A DNA stretch of 64,000 bases from the NCBI GenBank assembly GCA_040901675.1, contig JBBDYJ010000028.1:53525-117524 (forward strand). Direction: 5' to 3'. This document shows, one piece after another, positions 36,985 through 46,681 of this stretch. A program made the position numbers and the translations under genes. Origin of the DNA: Pirellulales bacterium (GTDB taxonomy: Bacteria; Planctomycetota; Planctomycetia; Pirellulales; JAICIG01). The notes under the pieces were generated by a model that worked only from the letters and a program-made list of their open reading frames with translations, was not told where the DNA came from and did no database searches. The stretch's first letter is position 1. The number at the start of each line of letters is the position of its first letter.

Positions 36985-37191
36985 CCGCCTCGTCCGCGGC
37001 CTGGGCCGACGCGAACCAGCCGCCCAGCGCAAGGGCCAGCACGGCGAGCAGTCGCGGACCCGATAGGCGGGGTCGGAGCCGACGCATTTTTTCAGCTCCA
37101 GAAGGTCGGTGGGCAAGCGGCGCGTGGCCGCGGAGCTATCCAGGCAGGCCAACCCTTGATTACAGCCCGCCCGCCGGCGAGTGTCAAGGCA
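36985..37191. repeat. ~205-bp direct repeat, copy 2, heading a chimeric 102-aa ORF (36779..37087)
   Basis: MRRLRPRLSGPRLLAVLALALGGW..AQAADEA matches the PSD1 N-terminus, then diverges. Confidence 0.92.
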
Positions 37192-37291
37192 CGCAGCGGT
37201 CGGTTGGCAGGCGCAACTGGTCTGAACGACGCTGTTCATGGATCCGGCGCGACGAATGCCCGCGCTGAAGCGGTCCTACCGCTTGGCTGGC

Positions 37292-37666
37292 CTAGCGAGT
37301 CCCCTTGGAGAGATTATCCTCCAGCTCAATCTTCAGTCGCTTGCCCAACGACCGCGCAAGCCGTTCGAGAGTCCCTATCGTGGGGTTGACGGCCACGCCG
37401 TTCTCGATCCGGCTGATGGCGGCCTTGTCGATTCCACTTCGGCTCGACAGCTCCGTCAGACTCACGTTAAGTTGCTCTCGCACTTTTTTCAGGTGGAAAG
37501 CAAAAGCCATGGCTGCCAGGCATTCACCCTGCGTCACCGGCTCCGCGAACTCGCCGCTGTTGACCAGATCTTGAAGAGATGGCTTCTCGCCATCGAACCT
37601 GGCCCGCACCTCCAAATCACGTTGAACCTGTTGGGCAGAACGTCGATAGGTTCGTTTGCTCGCCAT
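37292..37666 (-). CDS. XRE-family HTH regulator (HigA-like, orphan)
   Basis: LKKVREQLNVSLTELSSRSGIDKAAISRIENGVAVNPTIGTLERLARSLGK. Confidence 0.88.
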   Translation of the reverse strand: MASKRTYRRSAQQVQRDLEVRARFDGEKPSLQDLVNSGEFAEPVTQGECLAAMAFAFHLKKVREQLNVSLTELSSRSGIDKAAISRIENGVAVNPTIGTLERLARSLGKRLKIELEDNLSKGTR

Positions 37667-37803
37667 GTTCGACACCGTCTAACTCTGTTCACGCCCCCCT
37701 CGGTGGCGCGCGGTTCAAAGATTCAAAGGCCTTGTTGACAAGGATATCACAAAAGCGGCTATAACAGATACCTGCAACGAGGCGTGAACCACGCGGAAAG
37801 TCC

Positions 37804-39087
37804 ATGAGCCAAACCCTACGCCAGCGGTTGTTCGACGAGATCGACTCCTGGGTCCTGATCGACCCGCATACGCACATCAACCCGCATGCGCCGGCCTCGA
37901 CGAACCTGGCGGACATCCTGGGATACCACTACTACACCGAGCTGGCCCATTCGGCCGGCCTGCCGAAGGAGCGGATCGAAGAACAGCGGCTGGATCCCAG
38001 GGAAAAAACCCGCCGGCTCGTCGAGGCGCTGGAGCCGCTGGAGAACACGGTCCAGTATGGCTGGCTGATCGAGATGGCCCGCGAGTTCTTCGATTTCCAG
38101 GACGAACGGCTGACCCCGGACAATTGGCAGGGGCTGTACGAGGCGGCCGCCGCCAAGGCACGCGCACCAGGCTGGGCCGCCGAGGTGCTCCAGCGCAGCA
38201 AGCTGGAAGCGGTCTTTCTGACTAACGACTTCGACGACGCGCTCGAAGGCTTCGACACGCGGGTCTATATCCCCTGCCTGAGGACCGACGACCTGGTCTT
38301 CCACCTGGCCAAGAGCGAAGTCCGCCGCCGGCTGGAACAGGCCAGCGGCGTCGGCGTGGGCGGCGCCGGCACGTTGCGGGCCGCCATCGGCAAGCTGTTT
38401 ACCCACTTTGCAGGGCACGGCGCCAGGGCCTGCGCCATCTCGCTGCCTCCCGACTTCTCACCGGTCCGGGTGCCGCAGGCCGCGGCCGATGCGGCCGTAT
38501 CGGCCGTGTTCGCCGGAGGCACGGCCGCCCCCGCCGAGCGGCGGCGCGAGCTGGCCCATTTCGTGTTCTGGACACTGGCGGAGTTCTGCGCCGAGTTCAA
38601 GCTGCCGTTCGACTTGATGATCGGCGTCAACCGGGGCGTCTACGCGGCCGGCGTCCACCAGGGCCAGGACCTGTTCGACAGCCGCGTCTCGCTGATTCAG
38701 TACCGCGAGCTGTTCAATGCCTTCCCGCAGGTAGTGTTCCCCATCTCGGTGCTGGCCAGCGTGACCAACCAGGAGCTGACGAGCTACAGTTGGATCTTCC
38801 CCAACGTGGTCACGCATGGCCATTGGTGGTACTCGAACACGCCGGCGTTCATCGAGCACGACGCCAGCGCCCGGCTGGAGGCCGTGCCCGCGACCAAGCA
38901 GATCGGCTACTACAGCGACATGTACAAGCTGGAGTTCGCCCTGCCGAAGTTTGCGATGTACAAGCGGATCCTGGCCAAGATCCTGGCCGAGCGGTTCGTG
39001 ATCGATCGCGGTTGGAGCGAAGAGCGGGCCGTCGCCCTGGCGCGGCGCGTGCTGCGCGACAACGTCGAACGCGTGTTCGGAGTGTAG
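37804..39087 (+). CDS. Amidohydrolase-fold protein, uronate isomerase-like
   Basis: IDPHTH (HxH), GHWWY, YSDMYKLEF, DNVERVF. Confidence 0.75.
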   Translation: MSQTLRQRLFDEIDSWVLIDPHTHINPHAPASTNLADILGYHYYTELAHSAGLPKERIEEQRLDPREKTRRLVEALEPLENTVQYGWLIEMAREFFDFQDERLTPDNWQGLYEAAAAKARAPGWAAEVLQRSKLEAVFLTNDFDDALEGFDTRVYIPCLRTDDLVFHLAKSEVRRRLEQASGVGVGGAGTLRAAIGKLFTHFAGHGARACAISLPPDFSPVRVPQAAADAAVSAVFAGGTAAPAERRRELAHFVFWTLAEFCAEFKLPFDLMIGVNRGVYAAGVHQGQDLFDSRVSLIQYRELFNAFPQVVFPISVLASVTNQELTSYSWIFPNVVTHGHWWYSNTPAFIEHDASARLEAVPATKQIGYYSDMYKLEFALPKFAMYKRILAKILAERFVIDRGWSEERAVALARRVLRDNVERVFGV

Positions 39088-39089
39088 GC

Positions 39090-39237
39090 GTAGCAGGATT
39101 CGCCAGAATTGTAGCAGGATTCGCCAGAATTCTGGCGAAGTGCGTGACGGCCCGAACTCTGGCGAGTTCGGCTACCTTGAGTCCGGCTACGTTGAGTTTG
39201 TCAGGCGGGTCACCGCCCGAACTCTGGCGCCGGCTAC
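39090..39237. repeat. REP family A cluster (BIME-like)
   Basis: gtagcaggattcgccagaatt x2 in tandem, then inverted copies such as gaactctggcgagttcggctac. Confidence 0.85.
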
Positions 39238-39239
39238 GT

Positions 39240-40583
39240 CTACTCACGTTCTTCCACGGCCGACTTGCCGGGCTGGAGGAACAGCCAGCAAAAGGCGCCG
39301 ATCGCCAGAACCGCGGCATAGACGTAGAAGATCAGGTCCCACTGCGCTCGCCCGGCGTAGCCCAAGCTCTCGCGCCAGTCGGCCACTGCTCCGGGCAAAT
39401 ACTGCGAGAGCATCGCGCCCGGCACCCCCATCGAATTCATCAGTCCAAACAGCGCGCCCAGGTGGCGCCCGCTGATTTGAGTAACGACGGCCCACCAGGT
39501 CGCCTGCTGCGACAGGAAGCACATGCAGCCCGCCCCCGTACACAAGGCCGACCCGAAGGGCCAATCCACGTGGATGCTGGCCAGCATCAAGACCGCTGCA
39601 ATGAGCATCACAACGCAACCATAGAGGCGTTGGGCGCGGGCACGGTTGCGGCTGTGGCGGACGATCCAGTTGGCGAAAAATCCGCCGCCGATCGTGCCGA
39701 TGGCGCCGCCAACCAGCGGCAGCGACGAGGCGAAGCCGGAGGCGATCTCGCCCAGCTCCCGCCCCTCCTTCATGTACGTCGGGTACCAGGAGAAAAACAA
39801 ATAGGCCGCGAAGGCGCCGCAACTCTGGATTGTGCCCAGCAACCAGACGTTCCGGCTGGTCAGCACCAGCCGCCATGGAACGCGGCGATGTTCTTCGCCG
39901 GCCGACCGTGGCTCGGTTCCCCGGGCTATGTAGAGCCGCTCGGCCTGGTTGACCGCGGGGTGTTCGGCCGGTGCGTCGCGAAACCAATAGTAGAAGGCGG
40001 CGGCCCATACCACTCCCACGCTGCCAAACCAGACAAATGTCCAGCGCCAACCCACCAACTCGATCAGATAGGCGGCCAGGGGTGGTGAGACGGCGCCTCC
40101 AACCAGGGCGCACGTGAGCACCACGCCTTGCGCTATGCCTCGTTCGTGGTCGGGAAACCAGCGGGCCAGCACGCGGGCCGTATTGGGATAGGCGCCGGCC
40201 TCGCCGGCCCCGAACAAAAAGCGGATAACGACCAGCGTGGTCAGGCCGGTGGCGGCGCCGGTGAGCGCGGTGAAGGCCGACCACCAGAGCACGATCCGCG
40301 TGAGCACGCCGCGCGAGCCGTAACGGTCACCCCAATGGCCCGTCGGCACTTCGAACAAGCCATAGGCCACCGTAAAGGCCATCAACACGAATCCCATTTC
40401 TTCCCTGGTCAGGTCGAGATCGGCCCGGATGGAGTTGACGGCCTGGCCGATGCAGATCCGATCGAGGTACAAGACGAAGGCCAGGCAGCCCATGAAGGCG
40501 AGCACCACGTAGCGGACGCTGCTGGCCGGCTCGGCAGGGGCGGGATCATGCCGAATCGTAGTGGAATCGTCGAGCTGGGTCAC
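39240..40583 (-). CDS. MFS transporter (ACS/sugar-acid-like)
   Basis: YLDRICI, GDRYGSR, RFLFGAGEAGAYP, WFPDHERG; many TM segments. Confidence 0.9.
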   Translation of the reverse strand: MTQLDDSTTIRHDPAPAEPASSVRYVVLAFMGCLAFVLYLDRICIGQAVNSIRADLDLTREEMGFVLMAFTVAYGLFEVPTGHWGDRYGSRGVLTRIVLWWSAFTALTGAATGLTTLVVIRFLFGAGEAGAYPNTARVLARWFPDHERGIAQGVVLTCALVGGAVSPPLAAYLIELVGWRWTFVWFGSVGVVWAAAFYYWFRDAPAEHPAVNQAERLYIARGTEPRSAGEEHRRVPWRLVLTSRNVWLLGTIQSCGAFAAYLFFSWYPTYMKEGRELGEIASGFASSLPLVGGAIGTIGGGFFANWIVRHSRNRARAQRLYGCVVMLIAAVLMLASIHVDWPFGSALCTGAGCMCFLSQQATWWAVVTQISGRHLGALFGLMNSMGVPGAMLSQYLPGAVADWRESLGYAGRAQWDLIFYVYAAVLAIGAFCWLFLQPGKSAVEERE

Positions 40584-40726
40584 AGGGCGAAGTCTAAGTG
40601 GCTCACCCGCCGGACGCAAGCACGACACGGAAGCGATGCGCCTCGGACGCGGCATCGCCGCAAGGCTGCTATACTAGCGCGGCCCGTTGCGCCAAATGCA
40701 AACGGACAAGAGCCGGAGCTTCACCG

Positions 40727-41053
40727 ATGCAATTCTCGCACATCGGGCTCATCAGCGATCGACCGCGGCCGGGTGAAGTGTTCGTCGAGGCCACGCGGGT
40801 CTGGATCACCGATTTCGTCCAGCACCCTTTTCACGTCGAGTGGCTGCGGTTCGAGCCTGACAGCCCGGTGACGGGGCCGGTGCGGACACAGCCGCACGTG
40901 GCCTACCGGGTCGATTCGATTGCCGCCGCCAGCCGCGGGCTGGCCGTCTTGATCGAGCCGTTCGAGCCGCTGGCCGGGCTGCGCGTGGGCTTCTACCAGT
41001 CGAACGACGGGGCAGTGATCGAGTTCATGGAGTACCAGACAGCACCGTTTTAA
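40727..41053 (+). CDS. Small VOC-like hypothetical protein
   Basis: FSHIG...PHVAYRVDSI...GAVIEFMEY. Confidence 0.65.
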   Translation: MQFSHIGLISDRPRPGEVFVEATRVWITDFVQHPFHVEWLRFEPDSPVTGPVRTQPHVAYRVDSIAAASRGLAVLIEPFEPLAGLRVGFYQSNDGAVIEFMEYQTAPF

Positions 41054-41183
41054 GCGTCTTGCCATGTGGCCGTTAATCCGCCCGGACGGTTTGCGGTCGT
41101 ATGATCAGTGGGGCCGGCGGCCGCGGCCGGCGAACCGCGCCGCGCTGCCGCGCGCGTTCGGGATGAGACACGCGAGGGCGAGA

Positions 41184-41978
41184 ATGACTCTGGTTGCCTG
41201 CCCATCCGATCGTCCAGCGACTGCCCGCCGGCCGGCCAGTTCACCGGCCGGGTTTCACCGCTGGAGCAACCTGCTGTTTGTCCATTGGACGATCGCCCCC
41301 AGCGAAGTGGCACACCTGTTGCCCGAGGGCCTGTCGCTCGATACGTGGCAAGGCGAGGCATGGGTCGGGCTGGTGCTGTTTCACATGTCGGGTGTGCGTC
41401 CCCGGTTCTTCCCGCCGGTGCCCGGCATCTCGACGTTCCATGAGACCAACGTGCGGACCTATGTCCGCTATCCCGACCGTGAGCCGGGCGTATGGTTCTT
41501 CAGTCTCGATGCCGCGAGCCGGCTGGCGGTGCGGATCGCCCGCTGGCGATGGGGCCTGAACTACCACCTGGCGCGGATGCAGATCGAGCGAAAGGCCGGC
41601 CATGTTCGTTATTCCAGCACGCGGCAGGCGGCCAGCGGCGCAGGCCCCGGCGCGCTGGTCGAGGCCTCGCTGGGCGGCCTGCTCGGCGACGAGGTGCCCC
41701 AGCGCGAACTCCCAGCCGGATACGCCTTGCCCGGCACGCTGGAGCACTTTCTGCTGGAGCGGTATGTCTTGTACACCTCGCGGGCGGGACGCTTGCTCAA
41801 GGCACGAGTCCACCATCCGCCCTACTCGATCCGCGAAGCCCGCGTGCTGACGATCGAGCAGTCGCTCGTCGAGTCGAACCGGATCCATCCAACCGGCCCC
41901 GTTCGCCACGCGGCCTTTTGCGAAACGGTCGACGTGGAAATCTTTGGGCTGGTTGGGGCCGAGGCCCCGGCATGGTAA
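41184..41978 (+). CDS. DUF2071 (YqjF-like) protein
   Basis: WSNLLFVHW, FHETNVRTYV, GVWFFSLDA, FLLERY; start uncertain. Confidence 0.88.
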   Translation: MTLVACPSDRPATARRPASSPAGFHRWSNLLFVHWTIAPSEVAHLLPEGLSLDTWQGEAWVGLVLFHMSGVRPRFFPPVPGISTFHETNVRTYVRYPDREPGVWFFSLDAASRLAVRIARWRWGLNYHLARMQIERKAGHVRYSSTRQAASGAGPGALVEASLGGLLGDEVPQRELPAGYALPGTLEHFLLERYVLYTSRAGRLLKARVHHPPYSIREARVLTIEQSLVESNRIHPTGPVRHAAFCETVDVEIFGLVGAEAPAW

Positions 41979-42061
41979 GAATGGGCTCGTGGTGACCGGA
42001 TTTAGCCGGTCGGACCAACGCGGTTGCTCAGCCATGATTCCGTTTCGCCGAGAGACCCGCC

Positions 42062-43054
42062 ATGAAACAGGTGCGTTGGGGCGTGTTGGGCGTGGCCAAC
42101 ATCGCCGTCCAGAAAGTGATTCCCGCCATGCAGCGGGCCGAGAGCTGCCAAGTGGTCGGCATTGCCTCGCGCTCGCTCGATAAGGCGCGCGCTGCCGCCT
42201 CGCGGCTGGGGTTGCCCAAGGCGTATGGCTCGTACGAGGAGCTGCTCGCGGACGGCGAGATCGATGCCGTTTATAACCCGCTGCCCAATCACTTGCACGT
42301 GCCCTGGTCGATCCGCTGCCTGGAAGCCGGCAAGCACGTGCTGTGCGAAAAGCCGATTGCGCTGGCGAGCGCCGAGGCCCTGACGCTGGCGGCGGCCGGC
42401 CAGGCCCACCCGCGGCTCAAGCTGATGGAGGCCTTCATGTATCGCCACCATCCGCAATGGGTCACGGCGAAGCGACTGGTCGACGAGGGAGGCCTGGGCC
42501 GGCTGCGGACGATCCAGACCTTCTTCTCGTACTTCAACCGCAACCCGGACGACGTGCGCAACCAGGCCGATATCGGCGGCGGCGGGCTGATGGACATCGG
42601 CTGCTACCCGGTCTCGCTCTCGCGGTTCTTGTTCGCGGACGAGCCGCGGCGGGTGTGCGCCATCGTCGAGTACGACCCGGACTTCCAAACCGACCGCCTG
42701 GCTTCGGCCATACTGGACTTCGGCGCCGGCACGGCCACGTTCACTTCGAGCACGCAGCTTTGTCCCTACCAGCGCGTGAACATCTTCGGCACCGAGGGCC
42801 GCGTGGAGATCGAAATCCCTTTCAACGCGCCTCCGGATCGGCCTTGCCGCATTTGGCACGAGAGGCATTCAGCCATCGAGGAGATCGAGCTGCCGATCTG
42901 CGACCAGTACGCGATCCAGGGAGAGCTGTTCTCCCGCGCGGTGCTCGACGACACTCCCGTCCCGACACCCATCGGCGACGCGGTCGCCAACATGCGGGTG
43001 ATCGAGGCGCTCAGGCGGTCGGGACAAACGGGCCGCTGGGAGAAAGCCGAGTAG
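42062..43054 (+). CDS. Gfo/Idh/MocA oxidoreductase
   Basis: WGVLGVANIA, PLPNHLH, GKHVLCEKP, GGGLMDIGCY. Confidence 0.93.
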   Translation: MKQVRWGVLGVANIAVQKVIPAMQRAESCQVVGIASRSLDKARAAASRLGLPKAYGSYEELLADGEIDAVYNPLPNHLHVPWSIRCLEAGKHVLCEKPIALASAEALTLAAAGQAHPRLKLMEAFMYRHHPQWVTAKRLVDEGGLGRLRTIQTFFSYFNRNPDDVRNQADIGGGGLMDIGCYPVSLSRFLFADEPRRVCAIVEYDPDFQTDRLASAILDFGAGTATFTSSTQLCPYQRVNIFGTEGRVEIEIPFNAPPDRPCRIWHERHSAIEEIELPICDQYAIQGELFSRAVLDDTPVPTPIGDAVANMRVIEALRRSGQTGRWEKAE

Positions 43055-43066
43055 CTCGATATCGGG

Positions 43067-43270
43067 GTAGCCGGAGAGCGCCAGAATTCGGGCCGCTCTG
43101 CAGTTCACCAGAACTCTGGCGAGTTCTGCTACCTGCTTCACGAGAACTCTGGCGAGTCCTGCTACAATTTCCAAGACCCCATAAATGGGGTCACTACAAA
43201 CCCTTCACCAGAACTCTGGCGAGTTCTGCTACCTCCGCTTCTGGCGAGTCCTGCTACACCCGAGGCTACG
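43067..43270. repeat. REP cluster: five family-A copies plus one other GTAG palindrome
   Basis: gaactctggcgagt(t/c)ctgctac repeated; gaccccataaatggggtcactac. Confidence 0.85.
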
Positions 43271-43278
43271 GTTCCACC

Positions 43279-44631
43279 TTATGCGGCACGCCGCAGCGGG
43301 GCCTGCGGTGGCGATGGCCGTGTTGGCGTGGAGAGAAGCTGCGCCGCGCGGGCCGCTTGTGCTCGCGAGGCGAGCCCGATCGCCAGGAGCCCGAGAAACG
43401 ACAGCGTCGCCAGGTGGTAGCTGTGCAGCAGCAGCGTGAGATCGCGGCCTATCAGCCCGCGATTGAGCACCAGGTTTACGAGCACGTAGAAGCCGAGCAC
43501 CGCCTGCGCCCAGGCTGGCGGCCGTCGCAGCGCCACGGCCGCGCGCGACACGAGGTACAGCAGGGGCAACAGGGCCACGCAGTGCTGCCCCCAGGTGATG
43601 GGAGACAACAGCAAGGCCAGCACCGAGACGCACGCGCATTCCCAGACAACCGCCAAATCGTGCCGCCGCTCAACCGGCTGCCGGAACGTCCAGGCGACGC
43701 CGGCCAGCAGCAACAACAGAGCGCCTTTGCAGATGTTGGCTGCCACCGCCGGCGGGACGTCCAGGAAGTCGGCGTACCAAGGGTGGTCTGGGCGCCCCAG
43801 GTGTCCCGCCGGAAGCCGCATCAGGTAGCGGGCGATTGCCGGCCGCAGCGAAAGGTTCTGCACCGGCTCGTCTCCCAGGGCGCCGAGCGAAGGGTCGTGA
43901 TTGCCCGCGCTGAGCCGGACGTTCGCCAGCCAAAGCTGCATGTGCTGGGCGTACAGGCCCCCGCCCTGCCACAGCGCGGGAGCCAAGGTGAAGGCGCCGG
44001 CGGCGGCCATTGTCGTCGCCACCATCTTCCACTGCCGCTTCCAGGCGAACCAGGCCAACATCAGCGCCGGCGTACACTTCAGCGCGATCGCAAACCCCAG
44101 GCAGGCGCCTCCCATCACCTCGCGCCGCTGGCTCCAGCCATACACGGCCAGCCACGACAGGGCCAAGAGCGCAAGGTTCGGCCCGCACTCCGGCAGCTCG
44201 CGGACCAGAAAACGTGCGGCCAGCGCCAGCGCGATCACGGTGGTCCAGAACAAGGGCTCGCGCTCCAACGGCAAGTGACGCCGCGTGAGCCGGTGGAGCA
44301 CGAACAATAGGACGGCCAGCGACGCCAGGCTGACGGGATAGAGCAATGTCTTGGCTGCCGGCAGCGGCAAGGCCGCCGTCGGCGACCAGGCCATGCCCCA
44401 GAACGGCGGATAGGGGATGTCGAGCCCTTCGGCATACATCATCTGTCCGGCCACGAACCGCCCGGCAAACTTCCAGTGCAGAAAGAAATCGCCGTCGTGC
44501 GGCTTGCGAGCCGCCCTGGTCCATTGCACGACGACAATCGCCACGGCGATGCCGATGACTACCCGCCGCCAAACGTGCCGCCGGTCGACAAACCAACGTT
44601 TCCAGGCGCCTTCCTGCTCGGACGTGTTCAT
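43279..44631 (-). CDS. GT87/DUF2029-like GT-C glycosyltransferase
   Basis: GDF, PYPPFW, ALKCTP, NLSL, LLSPITWGQH; multi-TM; ATGA overlap. Confidence 0.8.
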   Translation of the reverse strand: MNTSEQEGAWKRWFVDRRHVWRRVVIGIAVAIVVVQWTRAARKPHDGDFFLHWKFAGRFVAGQMMYAEGLDIPYPPFWGMAWSPTAALPLPAAKTLLYPVSLASLAVLLFVLHRLTRRHLPLEREPLFWTTVIALALAARFLVRELPECGPNLALLALSWLAVYGWSQRREVMGGACLGFAIALKCTPALMLAWFAWKRQWKMVATTMAAAGAFTLAPALWQGGGLYAQHMQLWLANVRLSAGNHDPSLGALGDEPVQNLSLRPAIARYLMRLPAGHLGRPDHPWYADFLDVPPAVAANICKGALLLLLAGVAWTFRQPVERRHDLAVVWECACVSVLALLLSPITWGQHCVALLPLLYLVSRAAVALRRPPAWAQAVLGFYVLVNLVLNRGLIGRDLTLLLHSYHLATLSFLGLLAIGLASRAQAARAAQLLSTPTRPSPPQAPLRRAA

Positions 44632-46415
44632 TGCCGGCTCCCGCTGGGCGCGTGGGCCTGCCGGTGCCCGGCGCCGGCCGCGCCGGCAGTTCGGTTCGAC
44701 AGATCGTAAATCAAGAACGTCGTCGTCCGCGCTACCGGCTGCTGTGCTCTGAGGAACTCGACAGCTTTCGCCTGGTTGGCGGCGGCCTCGCGCGTCGTTG
44801 TGCCATACAAAAGCGTCGTGCCCACGGCCAGATAGTCGGACTCGACAAACGCCAGCACGTCGGCCGGTCGATCGAGCGGCAGCACGTGCAGCGGCAGGTG
44901 GCGAAGTGGCGGATTGCCGATGGCCGGGTCGGTGCCGAAATACCAAACGTCCAGTTGGGCGAGTCCCCTGCTCTTGCGCCAACCGTCCAGCTCTTTGACC
45001 CCCTGGCCCCAGTCGTAATTCGAATCGCTCAAGAGCAGGTAACCGTTCGCCGGGCCGCCCCAAAGCTCGTTCACGTAGCACAGGCCGTGCGGCCACACGC
45101 TGCCGGCCGACATGGCTGCCCAAAGGATGGCCCCGGCGGCCCAGGCCCCGGCCAGGCCGCGCCGCCAGGCAGGGTGTGCAGTTCGGGCCGCCTTGACCAG
45201 GGCAGCGGATAAACCAACGATCAACAGCACGACCAGCGGCAGCACAAGCCTGATGCCGATCTGCACTCGGCAGTTGACGCTGAACAGCAATAAGGCCGCG
45301 GCCGCCGCCAGGGCCCAGTTGGCCAACGCCCGCCGCCGCGCGAGCAGGACGACCAACGGCGCCGCCAACAAGGCCAACGTCAACTTGATCGATAGGGCCA
45401 GGGGAAAGTAGTACCAGACTGCCTTGGGGTGCACGTGGCCTAGCAGGAAAGCGCCGTGATGGCCCTTCATGTTGTGCTTGATCTGCCGGACCAGGCCTTC
45501 GCCCGCGTTGCTAAAGACGCAGAGGTGCTCGGCCACCCAGACCATGGCGGTTTTTTGCGGCGACTGCGGCAGTTCATGGGCCCACTCGACAAACGATGGC
45601 TGCGGCTGCCAATCGCACCCGCAGTAGACGAACACGAGCACGAAGCCGATTGCCAGCAACTGCTTCAAGTCGCGCCAAAAGGGACGCAACTGTTCCCATA
45701 GCGATGAGCCCAACAGGCGCCACCGGGCGGCGGCGCTTTGCGAGTGGCCACCGGCGGGCGGCGCGGTGAGCGCTCCGGCGCGCAGCAGTCGTTCGACCTC
45801 TATCGCCAGCAGGCAGAGCGGCCCGAACACCATCCCCGACGCCTTGGCCAGCACGGCCGCGGCAAACCAGCAAGCGGGCAAAGCCACTCTCCAAAACCAT
45901 GTCCGATCGCGCCCGTGCCTGAAGTGATAGACCAGCGCCAGCAGGCAAGCGCTGACGGCGATGTCGGTCGTCGCCAGGCTGGCGTGAGCCAGCAGGTTCG
46001 GTTCGCACGCCAGCCAGGCCGCCGCCAGCCTGCCTCCCCAGGGACCAGCCAACTGGCGGGCGGCCAGCCAGCCGTAGACGAGCAAAATACTCCAGAACAC
46101 CAATGTGCCGGCCCGCGCCCATGGCAAGATCCGCTCGATATCAGCTACCGGGTCCAGCTCGACGCCATGCCAACGCTCCCACACATACGGGGGCAAAGTG
46201 GCCAGGTCGATCGGCAGCGGCATGGTGCCCATGTGCATCAGCCGTGCATGGCTTCCGGTGCGCCAGGCTTCCAAGCCGCTGGCGAGATATACCGGCTCGT
46301 CGAAGGTGGCGCTGAGCCGCGCCGAGGCCGACAAGCACCAGGCGGCGGAAGCGGCCAGACATGCTATCAGCCAGCAGCCATCGAGCGCGAGTTGGCGTCT
46401 GGTTGGAGGGCCCAT
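44628..46415 (-). CDS. ArnT/PMT-like (GT39/83) GT-C glycosyltransferase
   Basis: ATFDEPVY, EPNLLAHASLATTD, WYYFP, IGIRLVLP, DSNYDWGQ. Confidence 0.82.
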   Translation of the reverse strand: MGPPTRRQLALDGCWLIACLAASAAWCLSASARLSATFDEPVYLASGLEAWRTGSHARLMHMGTMPLPIDLATLPPYVWERWHGVELDPVADIERILPWARAGTLVFWSILLVYGWLAARQLAGPWGGRLAAAWLACEPNLLAHASLATTDIAVSACLLALVYHFRHGRDRTWFWRVALPACWFAAAVLAKASGMVFGPLCLLAIEVERLLRAGALTAPPAGGHSQSAAARWRLLGSSLWEQLRPFWRDLKQLLAIGFVLVFVYCGCDWQPQPSFVEWAHELPQSPQKTAMVWVAEHLCVFSNAGEGLVRQIKHNMKGHHGAFLLGHVHPKAVWYYFPLALSIKLTLALLAAPLVVLLARRRALANWALAAAAALLLFSVNCRVQIGIRLVLPLVVLLIVGLSAALVKAARTAHPAWRRGLAGAWAAGAILWAAMSAGSVWPHGLCYVNELWGGPANGYLLLSDSNYDWGQGVKELDGWRKSRGLAQLDVWYFGTDPAIGNPPLRHLPLHVLPLDRPADVLAFVESDYLAVGTTLLYGTTTREAAANQAKAVEFLRAQQPVARTTTFLIYDLSNRTAGAAGAGHRQAHAPSGSRQ

Positions 46416-46681
46416 ATTCGTGGCTCGTTCATCGATCGCTTGACAGATCTCGCGGCGCAAGCAGCCGTGCAGCCGTGTAGTCTTCCCCGAACGGTGCGTC
46501 AAGATCATTGGCCGCTTGTCCTATCTTGCCCAGGCTTCGACCCCGCTCGTCTTTAGCTGTCCAACGAGCAGTACCACCCGTCGAACCGGCAAATCTCGCG
46601 GAAACGACCCAAGTTACGCCGCCCAAGCGACCGACATACCTGTGTCGAGCACGTCGCCACCCGGCCGAGGCGGTTCCACGG

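Noticed and set aside
43067..43270. Possible CRISPR mini-array (also 39090-39237)
   Set aside because: Spacing is irregular, orientations are mixed, there are no unique equal-length spacers and no cas genes; the units are dispersed GTAG palindromes (REP-like).
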